A stretch of DNA of 64,000 bases, from assembly GCA_018304465.1 (NCBI GenBank), contig JAGVWC010000010.1, forward strand, positions 96,001 to 160,000, given 5' to 3'. The translations under genes and the position numbers were made by a program. The DNA is from Candidatus Iainarchaeum sp. GTDB taxonomy: Archaea; Iainarchaeota; Iainarchaeia; Iainarchaeales; JAGVWC01. This document shows positions 44,227-54,274 of this stretch, one piece after another. A model generated the notes under the pieces. The model was not told the DNA's origin and did not search any database. It was given only the letters and a program-made list of their open reading frames with translations. Within the stretch, counting starts at the first letter, position 1. Every line of letters starts with the position of its first letter.

Positions 44227-45918
44227 TCAATTTTGTTTTGAAAGACCCAAAAAACGCTGTTCAAGCCCAAACGAAGGCTTTTCGCCGGCAAGCACCCGGC
44301 GGATTTCCTGCAAACAATAATTGCTCGCCATAACTTGCGGCAAAATCACGCGATCCGCGCCCGCGTCATACAACTCGATCGCTTCCGACAATTTGTGGGC
44401 GCGCGCAAAAATCGTCAAACCCGAATTTCTTTTTCTTGCGAACATCACCATGTTCAACGCGGTGCGATGATCCGGAATCGTGACCACCAAAATCGCGGCT
44501 TTTTCGAACCCCACTTTGTCCAGCACAGTGACGTTGTTGCGGGAAGAATAAATCGACGGGATTTTCCGGCGAATCATTTTTTGCACGATGTCAGGATCCT
44601 GTTCGATCACCAGTACTTTTTGGGTTTGAGCCACGGCGTCCACGATTTGCTCCCCAAAAACGCCCGCGCCCGCGACGATCACGTGATCAAACAACAATTC
44701 GTCGTGCGGCACCTGCTGATACTCTTTGACGTTCCGCTCGAAAAAACCCATATGCGGTTTTAAGCCCTTGAAGTGCTTGACCAAGGCATCGTGCAATCGA
44801 CGGTTTAAACGAATCATGTACGGCGTCGCGATCATGGAAAGCAAAATCACCCACACCGCGGCATCAAACGTGGCCTGAGACAACTGCCCCAATTCCAAGC
44901 CTTGGCTTGCGATGATAAACGAAAACTCGGACGCCTGAAACAACGTCAAACCAATCGTCAAACCCGTCTGCAAACCGAATCCCTGAAAAAGCGAAATTCC
45001 GATAAAAATCAAGGGATTCAACAAAAACACAACCAAGAGCAACACGAAAAAAAGCGGGGTGAAGACGAGCGCTTTCATTTGCAGTCCCAAAGCGACGAAA
45101 AAAACCGTTCCGAATAAATCCCGGATATAATGCACGCTGTTTTGCGCTTCCAGGTTAAACGGAATCCTTCCCAATGCCAATCCACCGATAAACGCGCCGA
45201 CCGCGAGCGGAAACGAAAGATGATTCGACAAAAAAATGAATACGAAACAACTCGAAATCGTGGTCAGAAAAAAAATCTCCTGACTCTTGGCGGCTTCGGT
45301 CGTTACCCGCGGAAACACCCATTTGGCGAGCACAAAACCTGTGGCCACAAGCAAAGCAAAACCGGACAACAATTGGAAAAAAACCGCCGGAGAAAAAATC
45401 GTCGAAGGATTCGCAAGCAACGGCAGCAAAATCACCGCAAGCAAGTCCTGGACCAACGCGTAACCAATAATCATTTTTCCTTCCAACGAATTCAATTGCT
45501 TTGAATCCGTCAAAATCTTGATCGCGATCACGGAACTCGAAAACGCGACAATCAAACCCAAATACACGGATTCCAAAAAAGTCAATCCAAGCAACGGCAA
45601 ACCGATTCCGACAATCCCAGCCGTAATCAACACTTGCGCGACCCCGCCTAAAATAATCGGTTTTTTGAACCGCGTCAGTTTTGAAAAATCGATTTCCATT
45701 CCAATGGCAAACAACAAAAACGCGATCCCTAACTCCGACAAAACCGAAATAACCGAATAATCACTGATCAGTTTCAAAGCCAGCGGACCAATAGCCAGAC
45801 CCGCCAAAATGTATCCAGCCAGCAAAGGCTGTTTAAGCTCGCGGGCGATAAAACCGAACAAGGTGCCGGCAACCAACACGAGTCCCAAATCGTATAACAA
45901 GGTCAATTCCTGGACCAT
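44227..45918 (-). CDS. CPA2 cation:proton antiporter with TrkA-N (KTN) domain, KefB-like
   Basis: LKQP...GYILAG..IGP, ELGIAFLLF.IGME, VQD, SEFSFI, HVIVAGAGVFG, GADRVILP. Confidence 0.92.
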   Translation of the reverse strand: MVQELTLLYDLGLVLVAGTLFGFIARELKQPLLAGYILAGLAIGPLALKLISDYSVISVLSELGIAFLLFAIGMEIDFSKLTRFKKPIILGGVAQVLITAGIVGIGLPLLGLTFLESVYLGLIVAFSSSVIAIKILTDSKQLNSLEGKMIIGYALVQDLLAVILLPLLANPSTIFSPAVFFQLLSGFALLVATGFVLAKWVFPRVTTEAAKSQEIFFLTTISSCFVFIFLSNHLSFPLAVGAFIGGLALGRIPFNLEAQNSVHYIRDLFGTVFFVALGLQMKALVFTPLFFVLLLVVFLLNPLIFIGISLFQGFGLQTGLTIGLTLFQASEFSFIIASQGLELGQLSQATFDAAVWVILLSMIATPYMIRLNRRLHDALVKHFKGLKPHMGFFERNVKEYQQVPHDELLFDHVIVAGAGVFGEQIVDAVAQTQKVLVIEQDPDIVQKMIRRKIPSIYSSRNNVTVLDKVGFEKAAILVVTIPDHRTALNMVMFARKRNSGLTIFARAHKLSEAIELYDAGADRVILPQVMASNYCLQEIRRVLAGEKPSFGLEQRFLGLSKQN

Positions 45919-45955
45919 GATAAAGAAACAAAACCGGAATTATTAAAGATTTGGA

Positions 45956-47362
45956 TTACGACCCGGTTTTTTTCCACGTGGTTCCCTGGGACGTGTCCAT
46001 TAATTCGATTCCCGCGTTTAACAATTGTTTTCGGATATCGTCGGCTTCCGACCATTTTTTTTGCTTTCGCATTTCCTCGCGTTTGCGAATCAAATCCAAA
46101 AGCTTCGGATCCAAGGCGTCCGCTTGTTTTTTTTCGAAGGAAAACACACCTAATACGTTGTCGATGCGATGAAAACCGTCAAGAATCAGTTTGGCATCGC
46201 TTTCGCTTAACCCGTTTTCTTCCAAAAGCAAATTCGTTTTCCGCACCAGTTCGTTCAATCCGACCAATGCTTTCGGCACGTTCAAATCGTCATCCAAACC
46301 CATTTCGAATCTTTCAAGGGCATCCGAAATCATCTTCGGCACGTTCGGGTTTGATTTTTTGGAACCCGTAACCGAAAGAAGCCGCCGGATGGATTCGTTG
46401 ATTTTTCCCAGTCGATCCTGGGTTTTTCTGACTTCTTCGAACGAAAAATTCGCGGTTTTCCGGTAATGATTCGAAATCAACACGAACCGAATTGCCATCG
46501 GATCAAACGATTTGAGATCTTCGAGCGTGAAAAAATTTCCCTTGCTTTTGGACATTTTTTCGCCGTTCACGAGCAAATGCTTGGCGTGCAACCAATACTT
46601 GACAAACGGCCGGCCGGTCGCCGCTTCCGATTGCGCGATTTCGTTTTCATGATGCGGAAACATGTTGTCGATTCCACCGGTATGAATGTCAAACGACTCG
46701 CCCAGGAACTTCATCGACATCGCGGAGCACTCGATATGCCAACCGGGACGCCCTTTTCCAAGCGGCGTTTCCCAAAAAACGTTTCCGTCGGATTCGTCAT
46801 ACGCTTTCCACAACGCGAAATCATGGGCTTCCTGTTTTTCATACTCGTCTTGCTTGACACGCGCGCCTTCCTTCAATTTTTTGATCTTGAATTTCGAGAG
46901 TTTACCATACCCCGGAAACTCGGAAATCTTGAAATAAATGCTTTTGTCCGCGGCCCGATAGGCGAGACCTTCGTCGAGCAGTTTTTGCACGAGGCTGACC
47001 ATTTCGGGAACATGCTCTGTTGCGGAAGGATAAAAATTCGCCGGCACCACATTCAAGGTTTTTAAATTATGAAAAAAAACCGCTTTGTAACGCGCGGTAA
47101 AATCGTTTAACGGAATTCCTTCGACGCGACTGCCCCGAATCGTCTTGTCATCCACATCCGTCAAGTTCATGACATGCGTGACTTTAAACCCCTTCAAACG
47201 CAAATACCGGACCAGGATATCTTCCCATACGAACGTGCGAAAATTCCCGATGTGCGGCGCATTGTACACCGTCGGACCGCACGTATAAATCCCGACTTTT
47301 TTGTTTTCAATCGGAGAAAACGTTTCCAGTTTTCGGGTAAGCGTATTGAAAAACGTAAGCAT
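45956..47362 (-). CDS. cysS: Cysteine--tRNA ligase
   Basis: YTCGPTVY, HIGN, DFALWK, GRPGWHIECS, FPHHENE, KMSKS. Confidence 0.98.
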   Translation of the reverse strand: MLTFFNTLTRKLETFSPIENKKVGIYTCGPTVYNAPHIGNFRTFVWEDILVRYLRLKGFKVTHVMNLTDVDDKTIRGSRVEGIPLNDFTARYKAVFFHNLKTLNVVPANFYPSATEHVPEMVSLVQKLLDEGLAYRAADKSIYFKISEFPGYGKLSKFKIKKLKEGARVKQDEYEKQEAHDFALWKAYDESDGNVFWETPLGKGRPGWHIECSAMSMKFLGESFDIHTGGIDNMFPHHENEIAQSEAATGRPFVKYWLHAKHLLVNGEKMSKSKGNFFTLEDLKSFDPMAIRFVLISNHYRKTANFSFEEVRKTQDRLGKINESIRRLLSVTGSKKSNPNVPKMISDALERFEMGLDDDLNVPKALVGLNELVRKTNLLLEENGLSESDAKLILDGFHRIDNVLGVFSFEKKQADALDPKLLDLIRKREEMRKQKKWSEADDIRKQLLNAGIELMDTSQGTTWKKTGS

Positions 47363-47422
47363 ACCCAAAACCCAACACCGACAAAATAAAAAAGGGAAGC
47401 GGCAAAGCCGCCGTCAAAACAC

Positions 47423-47749
47423 TCAGATTCCTTCGGGAATAATCGGCGGCCGCTCGTCGGTTAACAAGGAATAATAGGCGTAAAACCGCAGGTTATAGAC
47501 CATCGCCAAGGTCATCAGTCGCGAAAAAAGCGAAAACCGTTTTCCAAGCACCAACACGGAAAAAAACGTGACAATCCACGAAATTCCGGCAAGCACTTGC
47601 AATACCCAGGTTACAATGAGCAACGGAATCCAATACACCAATCGCACCAACAATTCCAGGCGCGACGCTTTTTCGATTGACTCGACTTTTAACGAAACCG
47701 AATGCAAAACAGATTCCCCCTGATGCGCAAAGAAGGCATAAAAAGGCAT
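47423..47749 (-). CDS. DUF4389-like membrane protein
   Basis: SRLELLVRL...IP...GKR...Y.LR..AY...LTDERPP. Confidence 0.75.
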   Translation of the reverse strand: MPFYAFFAHQGESVLHSVSLKVESIEKASRLELLVRLVYWIPLLIVTWVLQVLAGISWIVTFFSVLVLGKRFSLFSRLMTLAMVYNLRFYAYYSLLTDERPPIIPEGI

Positions 47750-47767
47750 AAAAAAAGAATAAACGGA

Positions 47768-47971
47768 TTATTTATCCTTGGTTCCCCACCAAAACCGTTT
47801 GTCGTGCTTTTTTTCCGCGACTTCTTTTTCAATATCTTCTTTGGTTTGCCGTTCGCGCACCCCGTAAATATGGCTCATGCGTTCGGCGTCTTTGACGCTT
47901 TGGCAATCTTCACACAACCCGCTTTTCAAATTGCGTTTTTCACCGCATTTTTTACAAAAATCATAGACCAT
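47768..47971 (-). CDS. Small Zn-finger protein
   Basis: MVYDFCKKCG......GLCEDC; start at ATG 47971. Confidence 0.65.
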   Translation of the reverse strand: MVYDFCKKCGEKRNLKSGLCEDCQSVKDAERMSHIYGVRERQTKEDIEKEVAEKKHDKRFWWGTKDK

Positions 47972-48032
47972 GAACAAACACCTATACATTCTGGTCCAAG
48001 GCGAAATAAAAAGATATGGGTGAAAAAAAGCT

Positions 48033-48482
48033 TCAGCGCAGTTTTGGCACGTCTTTGGGCTTTGAAGGCGAATTGGAAGAAGACGATTTTGGCGCCAAAA
48101 CCTCAAGCAAACCGTTCTTAAACGAAATTTTCGCTTTTTGAGCATTCACGGGGTGCGGCAAAGGCACCTGGCGAAAAAACTGCTGGCTTGAAAACTCCGA
48201 ATACACGACTTCATGGTCCGATTTCGTTTTTGCGGTTCTAACGTTTCCCCGAATCGAAACCGACTGATCCGAAAGCGACACCTTCAAATCCTTCTTGTCG
48301 ATTCCAGGCAATTCCGCATGAATACGAATCGCCAACGGTTCCTCCGAAATCGAAATCGCCGGAACCCGAAAATCCATTTTTTTCAAATCCGTCGGCAAAG
48401 GCAGCGAAAACACGTCGCTTCCCGAAAGCCAGTTCCACGGCTTTTTTTTTCCGAACGGGTCCAGTTCAATCAAATCGCGCAA
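48033..48482 (-). CDS. Hsp20/alpha-crystallin small heat shock protein
   Basis: AELPGIDKKDL.V, F.RQVPLP, A..KNGLLEV..PK. Confidence 0.92.
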   Translation of the reverse strand: MRDLIELDPFGKKKPWNWLSGSDVFSLPLPTDLKKMDFRVPAISISEEPLAIRIHAELPGIDKKDLKVSLSDQSVSIRGNVRTAKTKSDHEVVYSEFSSQQFFRQVPLPHPVNAQKAKISFKNGLLEVLAPKSSSSNSPSKPKDVPKLR

Positions 48483-48497
48483 AACTTTTTCACCAAC

Positions 48498-49142
48498 TCA
48501 GAAAGACACAATGACCGCGGAAAGATTCAGCCAAATCAACAACGCGGCCGCCCACACGACCAGCTTGGTCAACAAACGGCTTTTTGGAAGCATGTCGGAC
48601 ACCAAAAAAAACAAAATCAACAATGCAAGACCCGCAAGCAAAATTCCAAACGCAAACAAACCAAGCCCCCACGCCGGTGAAAAAGACGAGTTCGCCAACG
48701 CAACGGCCAATTGTTTTCCCGCTTCCTCAGCAGACACCACGCCAGTCGCCATGGTTTTAACGGCGTCCAATACTTGCGAACCCAAACTCAAAACAAACAC
48801 GATTCCAATCAAGGTCACGATCAAAGCCAACACCCAGATCAACGAAGCCGCCGAAAGAATACCCGAAAAACGCCCCGCGACTTCTTTTCCGCGCACCAAA
48901 TACGCCAGAATATAAATCACGATTCCAAGCACAATCCAGTTCGCCACGCCTTTAAAGAGGTTCACGACCACCAGCAAAAAATTGATTGGAAACCCAAGCA
49001 AAAGCATGACCAAAAACGCGATCAAGGTCGGCAACAACACCAAAAAAAATCCAAGTCCCACATCGGGTTTGTCCAAACCGGACTGAACCGCTTTTAAGGG
49101 ATGCAAAACATTCAGTTCCATACAGATACCAAGTAGGCTCAT
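48498..49142 (-). CDS. YIP1-like membrane protein
   Basis: VLHPLKA start followed by five TMs. Confidence 0.65.
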   Translation of the reverse strand: MSLLGICMELNVLHPLKAVQSGLDKPDVGLGFFLVLLPTLIAFLVMLLLGFPINFLLVVVNLFKGVANWIVLGIVIYILAYLVRGKEVAGRFSGILSAASLIWVLALIVTLIGIVFVLSLGSQVLDAVKTMATGVVSAEEAGKQLAVALANSSFSPAWGLGLFAFGILLAGLALLILFFLVSDMLPKSRLLTKLVVWAAALLIWLNLSAVIVSF

Positions 49143-49178
49143 CCCATATATAAAGATATTTCGAATCCGAAAAAACGG

Positions 49179-49694
49179 TTATCGCGTTGGTTTTCGACGA
49201 TTCAACAACCCGTCCCATCGCAAGGATTCAAGTTCCATTACGAGCTGGAAAAATTTTCCTGGATTTGACGACGCCTCCAAAAACAACGGACGCATTTCAT
49301 GCAACTCGTTGCGAGCCCCGTCTTTTGAAGCCGTTTCCAGCCGGCCCACCAGCCGGTCCACTTCGGTTTTGAAACCGTTTCCATTAAGTGCGGCCGACAA
49401 CAACCGCGTCTTGGCCTCCAACAACGGCTCTTTTTCGAGTATTTCTTTGGGCGGACGCTCGGCCCCCAAATACCATCCGTTATGCATCACCAAGCGCAAA
49501 AGCGGGGCACCGAACCGATCTTCAAAAAACGCCAGCTGGTTCCGCGACAAAAAAAAACCGCGTTCCCGCGAAACCCGAAACCCGGATTTTCCATACGACG
49601 ACTTGTGAAAAACCGGCTTTGGAAACGGATCATTGGGCCCGGTTTTTTTTCCGAACGAAAACGAGGAAACGGGTTTTCGAACAGGCTTTTTCAT
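49179..49694 (-). CDS. Hypothetical basic protein
   Basis: MKKPVRKPVSSFSFGKK; fills the gap; TTTAATAT upstream. Confidence 0.6.
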   Translation of the reverse strand: MKKPVRKPVSSFSFGKKTGPNDPFPKPVFHKSSYGKSGFRVSRERGFFLSRNQLAFFEDRFGAPLLRLVMHNGWYLGAERPPKEILEKEPLLEAKTRLLSAALNGNGFKTEVDRLVGRLETASKDGARNELHEMRPLFLEASSNPGKFFQLVMELESLRWDGLLNRRKPTR

Positions 49695-49777
49695 TACAAC
49701 AAGAAACAATTCTGAATATATTAAACTTGCGGTGCCCGACCCCCATTCTTAAAGTACCCTTTTGTTGTTGTATTGTC

Positions 49778-50212
49778 ATGACGACAAAGAAAAAAATCCG
49801 GGTGCTTGGTTTTGGCACTTTTGATTTGCTTCACGCCGGTCACTTGTCTTATTTGACCCAAGCCAAAAAACTCGGAGACGAATTATTCGTCATCGTGGCC
49901 CGCGACTCGAACGTCAAACAATTCAAAGGATTTTTTCCCGTTCACAACGAAAAAACGCGGCTCGCCTTGGTGCAAAACCTTAAAATGGTGGACCACGCGA
50001 CACTTGGCGACAAAAAAGATTTTTTTTCCAAAATCAAAAAACTCGCACCCGCCGTCATCGCGCAAGGATACGATCAATGGCCCGGCAAAAAAGAACTTGA
50101 AAAAATGCTGGTCGAACACGCCATCCCCGCCAAAGTCGTGCGCATGAAACCATTCCGAAAAGAACACCACAAAACAACGATCATCAAAGAACGAATCAAA
50201 CGGGAATATTGA
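49778..50212 (+). CDS. ribL: FAD synthase/cytidylyltransferase family
   Basis: GTFDLLHAGH..YL..AKKLGDEL.VIVARD, GYDQ. Confidence 0.8.
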   Translation: MTTKKKIRVLGFGTFDLLHAGHLSYLTQAKKLGDELFVIVARDSNVKQFKGFFPVHNEKTRLALVQNLKMVDHATLGDKKDFFSKIKKLAPAVIAQGYDQWPGKKELEKMLVEHAIPAKVVRMKPFRKEHHKTTIIKERIKREY

Positions 50213-50213
50213 C

Positions 50214-50918
50214 ATGCCAAAAAAAATAACCGCACGCAAGCGAAAACCGATTACCCTTATGGATCTCGGTAGCGGACCGACCGCGGATACGGGATGGGAT
50301 CTCGCAGCCAACCGGACAAACAGGCCCGTTTCGAAACACGGGCGATTTGTTTCGGTGGATCTTGAACGGATGTTGCCCGTGAACTCCCGAGGACAATTGT
50401 TTACCCAGCCGCATCATTCGTTCCATCAAACCGATGTATGGGACCATTTTCGGAAAACCCGCTCAAATAGCGTAAAAGTAATCCAAGACTCATACCTACT
50501 TGTTTTTTTTTTAGTCGAAAAAACCTTGTCCGATTCCAAAATGCCGCGAACAGAACACGTTAGTGTGGATTCAGAAAGATACCTAAAACAAGTCCATCGG
50601 ATTCTGGTTCCAAACGGGCGTTTTACGATTTATCTCAACCCGATGTATGTCCCGACGGTTCGCAAAGCCCTTGAAAAAACCGGATTTCAGGTGCTGAGCG
50701 AAAAAACCCTCACAGAAGAAGAAATCATGAAAGGAAAATCCGAAACCGCCAAACGGAGACTGATCGAGGTTTCGCCACACCAGGATAGAATCGATGCCGA
50801 ATTCGCCGCGAGGGAAAAATACGAAATTTTTTTCAATGCACTTGGACACCCAGGAATAATTGACGCAGAAAAAATTCGGAGAACCGTCCGAATCAACGCG
50901 AAAAAACCGGCACGATAA
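50214..50918 (+). CDS. Divergent class I SAM methyltransferase-like protein with basic N-terminus
   Basis: LMDLGSG, VSVD, NSV..I, VHRILVPNGRF, LEKTGF. Confidence 0.7.
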   Translation: MPKKITARKRKPITLMDLGSGPTADTGWDLAANRTNRPVSKHGRFVSVDLERMLPVNSRGQLFTQPHHSFHQTDVWDHFRKTRSNSVKVIQDSYLLVFFLVEKTLSDSKMPRTEHVSVDSERYLKQVHRILVPNGRFTIYLNPMYVPTVRKALEKTGFQVLSEKTLTEEEIMKGKSETAKRRLIEVSPHQDRIDAEFAAREKYEIFFNALGHPGIIDAEKIRRTVRINAKKPAR

Positions 50919-50932
50919 GGAAATTTTTCAAA

Positions 50933-51385
50933 TTATTTTCGAGAAAGATGCTTTTTCTTTTGGAATTTTTTCAGAAACGATTTTTCATTCATGTAACCGC
51001 GGCAGTTCAAAGCACCGCACGAACATTTTTCCAATTTATCCGAAATCAATTCATAATCCGCCGTAATTTCCTCGCTGGAAGAAATAGTTCGAACCGCGAC
51101 GTAAAAAATTTTCCCGCCCCGAACCGACACTCGAACATTGTTGTCACAGGAATGATTCACAAATTTCGATTCGTTTCCATGGATTCCATCCAGATCATGA
51201 TAGCGATCCAAATAGAAAATATAGGTGTCCAAGCCCGATTTTTCCCTGGCCTTGGCTTCTCGCTTATCGATTTTTTCACCCACGTACTCCATGATCACCG
51301 TTCCTTTTTTGATTTTTCGAAGCGCAAACATTCCTTTTCCCGCAATCGGAGAATCGCGCACTTCAAACAATGGTTTTGTCGTCAC
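50933..51385 (-). CDS. SET-domain protein-lysine methyltransferase with post-SET Zn site
   Basis: S.IAGKGMFA, EYVGE, KFVNHSCDNN, EEITADY, CSCGALNCRG; likely GTG start at 51385 (the longer ORF runs through the tRNA). Confidence 0.93.
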   Translation of the reverse strand: MTTKPLFEVRDSPIAGKGMFALRKIKKGTVIMEYVGEKIDKREAKAREKSGLDTYIFYLDRYHDLDGIHGNESKFVNHSCDNNVRVSVRGGKIFYVAVRTISSSEEITADYELISDKLEKCSCGALNCRGYMNEKSFLKKFQKKKHLSRK

Positions 51386-51450
51386 AGGTACCGATACAAG
51401 CAATGGAATTGGGTTTAAAAATGAATCAACAAATATGAAAAAAAGGAAAA

Positions 51451-51534
51451 TGCAGGGAGGCGGAATCGAACCGCCGAACGCACTAAGCGAAAGGATCTTG
51501 AGTCCTTCGGGTTTGACCGCTCCCCAATCCCTGC
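51451..51534 (-). tRNA. tRNA-Leu(CAA)
   Basis: GCAGGGA acceptor...AAGGA-CT-CAA-GA-TCCTT, long variable arm, GGCGG-TTCGATT-CCGCC, TCCCTGC-A. Confidence 0.95.
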
Positions 51535-51570
51535 AGAGGAAATACAATCCGAATGTAACAATGAATTCAT

Positions 51571-52251
51571 TCAGGGCAAGGCATAAAAACCTTGTTTTAG
51601 CCATTGCTCGAACTTCGCCAAGTGCTTTGGACTTCGGGGTTCAAGGATAGCGAAAAACGCTTTGGTATTCTTTTTTCCATATAATTCCACTTTATATGAA
51701 GGGACTGGATTTCTTTTCCTTGGCTTTCCAATAGTTAATCTAAAACAAAATCCGATCCGTTGAAGCCCTGCCTTAAGACCAAGCGCTAATTCAGGAGAAA
51801 CAGTTGTAAAGAAAACTCTTGGCCGATGCCGGTGCGTTTTTTTCCATAATACGGAAGACTTGTTATACGATTTTTGAAAATTGATACACCCATCCGTATC
51901 GAATAATCCACGTGCAAACGGAATAAACAGCTCAGAATTTGATAAAACAAAATCAGGTACTTTTGCTATACGGGCTTTTTTTCCTATTGGTGCCCCAGCA
52001 GCGATAAATTTTTCAATGATCTTTCTTTGACCAATCATCACCCCATACGTCCCCCAGTAAAGAAAATCTCTGGGAAAAACGTCAAAGTCAAGCGATTTTT
52101 TGAACAATTCTTTGATGCGACCCAGGTAATATTCTTTTTCATCTTTTGGATTCCCTGTAATCCACATGGTAATCCCCGTATTCCCACGGCTCATCCACCC
52201 ATCACCAGTGAAAGCACCATACAGTTCCGCAAACTCGGGCGTGGTGTTCAT
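51571..52251 (-). CDS. Free-standing double-motif LAGLIDADG homing endonuclease-like protein
   Basis: FAELYGAFTGDG and FARGLFDTDGC motifs; AT-richer codon usage. Confidence 0.88.
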   Translation of the reverse strand: MNTTPEFAELYGAFTGDGWMSRGNTGITMWITGNPKDEKEYYLGRIKELFKKSLDFDVFPRDFLYWGTYGVMIGQRKIIEKFIAAGAPIGKKARIAKVPDFVLSNSELFIPFARGLFDTDGCINFQKSYNKSSVLWKKTHRHRPRVFFTTVSPELALGLKAGLQRIGFCFRLTIGKPRKRNPVPSYKVELYGKKNTKAFFAILEPRSPKHLAKFEQWLKQGFYALP

Positions 52252-52365
52252 GCTACAAAAAAAAGAAAAACCTGCAAAGAATGTTTGCACGCACGTCATT
52301 GCCGGTGAATCGAAGCTGATTTCCCTAAAGTCGTTACATGCGCAAAATCCAAAAAAGTTGCTACA

Positions 52366-54240
52366 TTACACGCCGTTTTCTTCCACTTGCGTGGATTTCT
52401 GGTTTTTGTACATTGAAATGATTTCTTTGACCGTGGTCGCGTCTTTTGGGGCTTTGTCAATTCGCAGTCTGATCAAACGCGGAAACCGCAACGCGAATCC
52501 TTCGTCGTCTTTTTGCACGACTCCCGCAGTGTGAACCGGGCTCTTGGTGATTTCGTCCGCGCGCACTTCGGCCACGAGCTTTGGTTCCACCCAAAAATCA
52601 GGTTCGAGATTCGATTCCACGTTTTTTGGACGCGTTTTTACTTTCAGTTTCGAAAGCGTCGATTCCAAATCCGAAAGCATTTGTTCGGTCATGCCGGTAC
52701 CGATTTTCGCGAGTGTTTCAAACCGATCCTTGTCCGGATTATACACGGCCGAAAGCAATCCGCCCAACCCGAACTGGGTTCGCTTACCTTGACCCACGAA
52801 ATAACCCACGATCACGACATCCACAGTATCCGACAACTCGCCTTTGTAGGAACGCTTGAGTTTGATCCACGCGAATTTTCTCGCGCCGGCGATGTACGGC
52901 GCGTTCAAATCCTTGGCGATGATTCCTTCAAGTCCCTGCGAAACACTTTCGTCAAAAAACTTTTCCAAATCCTCGACTTTTTCGGTGATAATGCTTTTGG
53001 TAAGCGAAATCCGCTCGCCGGACGCGATGATTTTGGACAATTCCGCGCGACGCTCGACAAACGGCAAAGGCATCAGGTTTTTTCCCTCCAAAAACATCAA
53101 GTCAAAACAAAACAAACGCAGCGGATACTCCGTGCTTTTTTCCGAGACGCCGTATTTTCGCTTGCGCTGAATCGTCACCTGGAACGGAAAAAACTCGCCG
53201 GTCTTGACATTGAACGCGATGGCTTCGGCTTCGAAAATCGCGGCTTTGGCGATGATCTGGCTCTTGATCGCGTCCACGACTTCCGGAAACATAGCCGTCA
53301 CGTTTTCGCTGTTTCGCGAAAAAATCGTGACTTTGTCCCCGCTTTTATGGCACTGCAACCGAAAACCATCGTACTTGGCTTCCACCGCGCACTTGCCCAG
53401 TTTTTCAATGATTTCAGCAGCGGAAGGCAACCGTTCCGCAGCCGTGGGACGAATCGGAATCCCCGGAACGATCTCGATTGCCGCAAGCCCCGCAAGACCG
53501 TTTTCCTTGAGTTTTTCACTTATTTTTCCAAGATCCGGATACACGTTGTATTTTTCCTCGATCATTTCGCGGATCCGCATGCGAAAACGCCGGTCGCGTT
53601 CTTCGATCCATTCTTCGGGTTTTTTGTCCTTGTTTACTTTCAGTTCGGATTCGATTTCCTTGGCTTGACGCGAAAAATCCTTCGGAAAATCCGCGACAAA
53701 CACCAACGCCATGGCATCCATGATCGTCGGATCGCCAAGCCCCAAGCGCAATTCTTCCAGGGGAATCCGAACAATGAATTTCGCTTCAAGCGGAGACGCC
53801 GAATTCAACAGTTCCGCGAGCAACTTGATTTTCGATTCCTGGCTTCCGGTTCCTTCGGCACGCGCGATTTTTAGCATGTTGTCGAACACTTTTTTCAACC
53901 CCAGTTCCTGCGAAAAAAAAGCCTGTTGTTTTCTTTTTTTCAAGACTTCCTGGCCAACAAGTCCAAGGTCGCCTAATTTTTTGTAGACCGCGTTGATTTC
54001 GGAAACGGGAAAACCGCTTACCTTGGCGATCGATTGCTCGACAAACCGCTCGCCCATTCCGATCTTGATTCCCGAAAAATCAGGACCCAATTTGCCCTGC
54101 AGCAAATACACGAGTTCCGCGACTTCGCTTGCATCGGCAGAGGAAAACGCGTCGGACACCAGTTTCATGATTTCCAACCGACCGGATTTTTGTTCGATCG
54201 ATTCGAAAACCTTGGCCACCGAAAGAAACTTCATATTCAC
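52366..54240 (-). CDS. lig: ATP-dependent DNA ligase
   Basis: EAKYDGFRLQ, FDL, EGIIAK, WIKLKRSY, LRFPR. Confidence 0.97.
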   Translation of the reverse strand: MNMKFLSVAKVFESIEQKSGRLEIMKLVSDAFSSADASEVAELVYLLQGKLGPDFSGIKIGMGERFVEQSIAKVSGFPVSEINAVYKKLGDLGLVGQEVLKKRKQQAFFSQELGLKKVFDNMLKIARAEGTGSQESKIKLLAELLNSASPLEAKFIVRIPLEELRLGLGDPTIMDAMALVFVADFPKDFSRQAKEIESELKVNKDKKPEEWIEERDRRFRMRIREMIEEKYNVYPDLGKISEKLKENGLAGLAAIEIVPGIPIRPTAAERLPSAAEIIEKLGKCAVEAKYDGFRLQCHKSGDKVTIFSRNSENVTAMFPEVVDAIKSQIIAKAAIFEAEAIAFNVKTGEFFPFQVTIQRKRKYGVSEKSTEYPLRLFCFDLMFLEGKNLMPLPFVERRAELSKIIASGERISLTKSIITEKVEDLEKFFDESVSQGLEGIIAKDLNAPYIAGARKFAWIKLKRSYKGELSDTVDVVIVGYFVGQGKRTQFGLGGLLSAVYNPDKDRFETLAKIGTGMTEQMLSDLESTLSKLKVKTRPKNVESNLEPDFWVEPKLVAEVRADEITKSPVHTAGVVQKDDEGFALRFPRLIRLRIDKAPKDATTVKEIISMYKNQKSTQVEENGV

Positions 54241-54274
54241 CAGAATGGAAAAAAGTGGTTAAAATGCCTTTTGC

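Noticed and set aside
51386-51604. N-terminal extension of the SET ORF given in the track
   Set aside because: It runs through tRNA-Leu and its T-rich terminator region; the true start is likely GTG 51385.
53570-53700. Charged helical insertion in the ligase DNA-binding domain
   Set aside because: In frame with no mobile-element hallmarks; likely an ordinary lineage-specific loop.
52513-53874. 453-aa plus-strand ORF
   Set aside because: Antisense shadow of DNA ligase. The same applies to most short overlapping ORFs in the track.
51571-54240. LAGLIDADG as an intein or intron of the ligase or tRNA
   Set aside because: Ligase and tRNA-Leu are each uninterrupted, and the ORF lacks Cys/Ser-start and His-Asn-end splice motifs.
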